DNA of 32,089 nucleotides from a bacterium (GTDB lineage Bacteria; RBG-13-61-14; DATKZS01), in the NCBI GenBank assembly GCA_046484135.1, contig JAWOBU010000028.1, positions 1 through 32,089 on the forward strand. Reading direction: 5' to 3'. Position numbers and translations under genes: made by a program. The notes below the pieces were generated by a model, which saw only the letters and a program-made list of their open reading frames with translations, ran no database searches and was not told the origin of the DNA. Of this stretch, positions 28,412 to 32,089 are shown piece after piece; within the stretch, counting starts at the first letter, position 1; the number at the start of each line of letters is the position of its first letter.

Positions 28412-29938
28412 ATGAGCTACCTGGGTATTGATATAGGGACCACTGCGGTAAAGGCCCTTGCGGTGGATGAGAGCGCGCGAGTGCTGGCCCGCTCCGAGGT
28501 CGAGGTCTCGCTTTTAAGCGAAGGCTCTGCCGGCCGCGAGCAGGACCCGGAGGAGCTCTGGAGCGCGGTCAAGAAAGCCGTTAAACAGGCCGCGGCCGGG
28601 GTTTCCGCCGACCCCGTGAAGGCAATGGCTTTCTCCGCCGCCATGCACGGGCTTCTGGCGCTGGACGAAAACAAGGAACCTTTGACCCGGCAGATCACCT
28701 GGGCGGACGGCTGCGCCGAGGGCGAGGCCCGCGAGCTCAGAGAGACCGAGGACGCCCGCGGTATTTACCGGCGCACCGGCTGTCCGGTCCAGGCGCTTTA
28801 TTACCCGGCCCGCCTGCGCCGGCTCCGCCGGGAAAAGCCGGATGTGTTCTCGCGCGCCGCTTTTTTCTGCTCCGTAAAAGAGCTGTTCATCCATCGCCTT
28901 ACCGGCAGGTTCATGATGGACCGGTCTATGGCGAGCTCGCTCGGTGTCCTTAACACCCATGAAAAGGAATGGGACCAAAAGACACTGGAGATAGCCGGGA
29001 TCGGTCCGGAACGCTTTCCCCCATTGGTGTCTCCCCTTTCTCGCATCGAAGGCATAAGCGGAAAAGCCGCTGAAGAGACCGGCCTTCCCAAAGACGTTGT
29101 GGTAGTGCCTGGCGCGGGCGACGGAGGGCTGGCCAACGTGGGCTCCGGCGCAACAGCCCCCGGCCAGGTCGCGGCCACCATCGGCACCAGCGGGGCCATG
29201 CGCCTCATAAGCAAACAGCCCATCATAGACCCCGAGGAGCGGACCTGGTGTTACTACCTTGCTGACGACACCTGGTACGTGGGAGGGGCCATCAACAGCG
29301 GCGGGATCGTGTTCCGGTGGGTGCGCGACTCCCTGTTCCCCGACGTGGTCAACACGAGCAAAGAACACGGCATAGAGCCTTACGAAATACTGACGCGGGA
29401 GGCCGCTTCCACCCCGCCTGGAGCAGACGGGCTCATCATGCTTCCCTATCTCATGGGTGAGAGGACCCCCTACTGGAACCCGGACGCCCGCGGAGTGGTG
29501 TTCGGACTTAACACCCGCCACACCCGCGCTCACCTGGCCCGCGCCGCGCTGGAAGGGACCTGCTTTGCCATGGCCAATATCTTGCGAGTGCTCGAACCCG
29601 CGGCTGAGACCGTCTCCGAGATCAGGGCTTCCGGCGGGTTCATGCGCTCGCCCTTATGGGTCCGGATACTGGCCGACGTACTGGGTTATCCCGTGTCCAT
29701 ACCCGAGACCCAGGAAGGATCAGCAATGGGCGCCGCTTTGTTCGCAATGCTCGCCACCGGCAGGATCGAAAGCATCGCCCGCATCAATGAGCTTATACCA
29801 GCAAAGGAGTCCATAACGCCCGACCCCGACAACCACGAGCTGTACAAAGAACTCTACGAAATCTTCGCAGAGCTGTATCCGAAAGTAGAAGAGCTCTATA
29901 ACCGGCTCGGACGGTTCCGGGAAAAGGAGAGCAGTTAG
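28412..29938 (+). CDS. gntK: FGGY-family sugar kinase, gluconokinase-like (xylulokinase not excluded)
   Basis: LGIDIGTTAVKA, FSAAMHG, ITWAD, IYRRTGCP, GAGDGGLANVG, TIGTSGAMR, TWCYYL, GERTPYWNPDARG, ASGGFMRSPLW. These resemble Bacillus GntK-type enzymes. Confidence 0.8.
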   Translation: MSYLGIDIGTTAVKALAVDESARVLARSEVEVSLLSEGSAGREQDPEELWSAVKKAVKQAAAGVSADPVKAMAFSAAMHGLLALDENKEPLTRQITWADGCAEGEARELRETEDARGIYRRTGCPVQALYYPARLRRLRREKPDVFSRAAFFCSVKELFIHRLTGRFMMDRSMASSLGVLNTHEKEWDQKTLEIAGIGPERFPPLVSPLSRIEGISGKAAEETGLPKDVVVVPGAGDGGLANVGSGATAPGQVAATIGTSGAMRLISKQPIIDPEERTWCYYLADDTWYVGGAINSGGIVFRWVRDSLFPDVVNTSKEHGIEPYEILTREAASTPPGADGLIMLPYLMGERTPYWNPDARGVVFGLNTRHTRAHLARAALEGTCFAMANILRVLEPAAETVSEIRASGGFMRSPLWVRILADVLGYPVSIPETQEGSAMGAALFAMLATGRIESIARINELIPAKESITPDPDNHELYKELYEIFAELYPKVEELYNRLGRFREKESS

Positions 29939-30077
29939 TGCCTGAGGGGTTTCTCGCTTGCCGTCTGACCCCAAAGAAATCTTTGTCTTCGCACCTTGGT
30001 GACTTGATGTGATAAAATTTTGGAAGCTTCTGTCCCATATTTGGGGACATAAATGGTCTCGGGTAAAGTATTGACCC

Positions 30078-32089
30078 TTAAGCCGGGTTTTTCTCCTGGC
30101 TCCCTTCTTCTTCCAGGGGCGCCTCCCACCCTTTTTTCATCTCCCGGTCTATAAGCTCGATATCCTCCTGGGAGAGGCCGTACAGGCCTGCCACCAGCCG
30201 GTCAATCTCAATGTCCAGCCTCCGGACCTCTTCGCTTTCCCCGGCCTCTTCTCTCTGCCGGACCGCTTGGACAAGCTGGTCGTGGAACGACTTGTCCTCC
30301 GGCTTGTTGAAAGCGATGGTGCGGATGGGCAGGGAGTCGAGGTGGATTTTCTTGATCTGGGGGGTGGTGGCCCGGTTGGTTATCTTGCGATGTCGGAAGT
30401 AAAAGGACATGACCTTGGAGTTGAGTATGCCGAGGAAGTAGCAGAGGTCATAAGGCCGGGCCAGTCTCCGGTCTCGCAAGAAAGCGAAGTAAAGGGACTG
30501 CTCCGGCAGGTGGGAGCTTTCGTCCCGGGAAGCGATAAGTCGGGAGCCGGTCTTGCGGAGCAGGAGACGCTCCGGTTTCTGGAGCTTTTCCAGGTTCCGG
30601 GTCCCTCCGGCCAGGTTGTCAAGATGGAACTCGAACCAGGCGTTGCCCTGCCTGTGGTAAGGGAAAACGTGCTCGCCCTTGATAATGGGCCACTGATATT
30701 CCGAGACCTTCTCCCGCGTGATCTTCCGGGCCCGGGAGATAAACCCGACCCCGGTTTCCAAAAAATCGGACAACCTTCTTTTGGCAGCGGCATCCATTTT
30801 TTGCAGAACAGCGTCCGCCGGAAGAGGCAATGCCTCCGGAGGAGCAAACCCCTCCCCTTTCAGCCAATAATTCTTCGGGACCTCCCGGCCGGCGCCCTGG
30901 TGGTCGGTGATCAAAATCTTATAGTTCTGCCGTGGCTTTTTCTTCTTTACGAAAAGATAAATCAGGGTATCTGCGGCAACACCGGGGAAGGGCTCCCGGT
31001 AATGAAGCCGTTGGATTTCCCCCTGACGCGACATGAGCTTTCGGAGGGAATCGTACTGGCTGTTCTCAGCCACCCGGTCAGGCACAACGAAACTGTGGAC
31101 CCCTCCTTCGGCAAGAAGCTCCACCGACCGCCGAATAAAGTACTCCACCACGTTGGGCCTATAGGTATCGGAGCGGTACCTATGGACCAGGAAATTAACC
31201 ACCTGCGGAGGATACGGCGCTTGCTTGTGCCGGCCCTTCAGGCTGATCCAGGGAGGATTGCCCACTATGCAGTTGAAACCGCCCGCCGCCATGATATCAC
31301 CGAAACCCTGCTCCCTGCTCCACCAGTCAAAGGGCTTGAGCGGAGGAGGGTTATCCGGATCGAACAGGCTCACCTGCTGGGGCATGCTTTGTTCCAGGAT
31401 GCTGTCCCCCTCCCGCAGGTTCATGAACAAAGGCCGGCAGGGAGGCGCCGAGTACTTGAAAGCCGGAATACCCGACAGTATCTCCACCAGCAAGGAACGA
31501 CGGGAAAGAGATAAAGCCACCGGATCAAGGTCAACGCCGAAAAGATGATCCCGAAAAATCTCCATACGCCGGGCAGGGTCCAGCTCCGACCGGGTCCGGT
31601 CCACCTTGATGACCGGCGCAAAAAGGTCGCGGTTTTGCATGTGGGCTTCGAGATCGTGCGCAATGAGCCTTCGCAACGCCTCCAGCAAAAAATAACCCGA
31701 GCCGCAGGCCGGGTCCAAAAGGCACAGCTCCCCCGCCTTATTCCGCGAAAGGAACTCGTCCAAGGTGAATGACAGCGACCGGTTGACTATGCTTCTGGGG
31801 GTGTAATAAACGCCCGAACGCTTAGGGACCGGCAACCTCTCTTCCCATAACGCGCCCACTACCTCCGACGGCATGTTATGGGGCCAGAAACGGCTCAGGT
31901 GGAGCTCGTGATTCAAAGAGCCCATCTCCTCGCCCGGACCCGGGTCCTCCCAGCAGGAGATGTCGAACACATCCCACCCCGCCCAGTCGTTAAGGTCTTT
32001 GAGACGGGAGACGGCATCAGGAACGAAAAGAGGCCGGGAACGCTTGCCACCACTCAGATAATAGTCGGGAAGTACATCACGGTCTTCCA
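30078..32089 (-). CDS. N6-adenine DNA methyltransferase, gamma class (Eco57I/TaqI-like, possibly Type IIG RM), N-terminus outside the window
   Basis: GVYYTPRSIV, LDPACGSGYFL, FGVDLD, VGNPPW, C-terminal TaqI-C-like FLGILNSKV...LPI. The frame stays open upstream of 31970 to the window edge (EDRDVLPDYYLSGG...). Confidence 0.88.
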   Translation of the reverse strand, partial: EDRDVLPDYYLSGGKRSRPLFVPDAVSRLKDLNDWAGWDVFDISCWEDPGPGEEMGSLNHELHLSRFWPHNMPSEVVGALWEERLPVPKRSGVYYTPRSIVNRSLSFTLDEFLSRNKAGELCLLDPACGSGYFLLEALRRLIAHDLEAHMQNRDLFAPVIKVDRTRSELDPARRMEIFRDHLFGVDLDPVALSLSRRSLLVEILSGIPAFKYSAPPCRPLFMNLREGDSILEQSMPQQVSLFDPDNPPPLKPFDWWSREQGFGDIMAAGGFNCIVGNPPWISLKGRHKQAPYPPQVVNFLVHRYRSDTYRPNVVEYFIRRSVELLAEGGVHSFVVPDRVAENSQYDSLRKLMSRQGEIQRLHYREPFPGVAADTLIYLFVKKKKPRQNYKILITDHQGAGREVPKNYWLKGEGFAPPEALPLPADAVLQKMDAAAKRRLSDFLETGVGFISRARKITREKVSEYQWPIIKGEHVFPYHRQGNAWFEFHLDNLAGGTRNLEKLQKPERLLLRKTGSRLIASRDESSHLPEQSLYFAFLRDRRLARPYDLCYFLGILNSKVMSFYFRHRKITNRATTPQIKKIHLDSLPIRTIAFNKPEDKSFHDQLVQAVRQREEAGESEEVRRLDIEIDRLVAGLYGLSQEDIELIDREMKKGWEAPLEEEGSQEKNPA

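Overview
GC-rich bacterial chromosomal segment. The gene content (DUF4388/TPR protein, Re-citrate synthase-like enzyme, 2-hydroxyacyl-CoA dehydratase subunit, pilD with a two-component pair and a minor pilin) suggests an anaerobic Deltaproteobacteria/Desulfobacterota-like organism; the taxonomy is inferred. In order: truncated hisI, DUF4388-pseudoJ-TPR protein, Re-citrate synthase-like enzyme with a C-terminal Cache domain, exbB-exbD, NfuA-like protein, ferredoxin, lone dehydratase subunit, secreted TIM-barrel-like protein, pilD, sensor kinase, sigma54 regulator, a complete sigma54 promoter driving a single FimT/FimU-like pilin, orphan wzm, membrane-anchored Nth1-like (EF-hand) trehalase, MoaD/ThiS-like protein without Gly-Gly, a minus-strand cluster (orphan DNA MTase, secreted protein, LysW-like Zn ribbon ending EDWEG, Cys-rich protein, lipoprotein), carB, an internally deleted GT4-cupin fusion, two different inverted-repeat elements, sulfatase-like protein, gluconokinase and a truncated Type IIG-like N6-adenine MTase. 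No rRNA, tRNA, CRISPR array, transposase or integrase was recognised. No single clearly novel system can be proven from sequence alone. The best candidates are the non-canonical carrier proteins at 17.5-19.0 kb, the GT4-cupin probable pseudoenzyme and the REP/MITE-like elements at 24.6-26.25 kb. All family assignments come from motif recognition by eye, not database searches.
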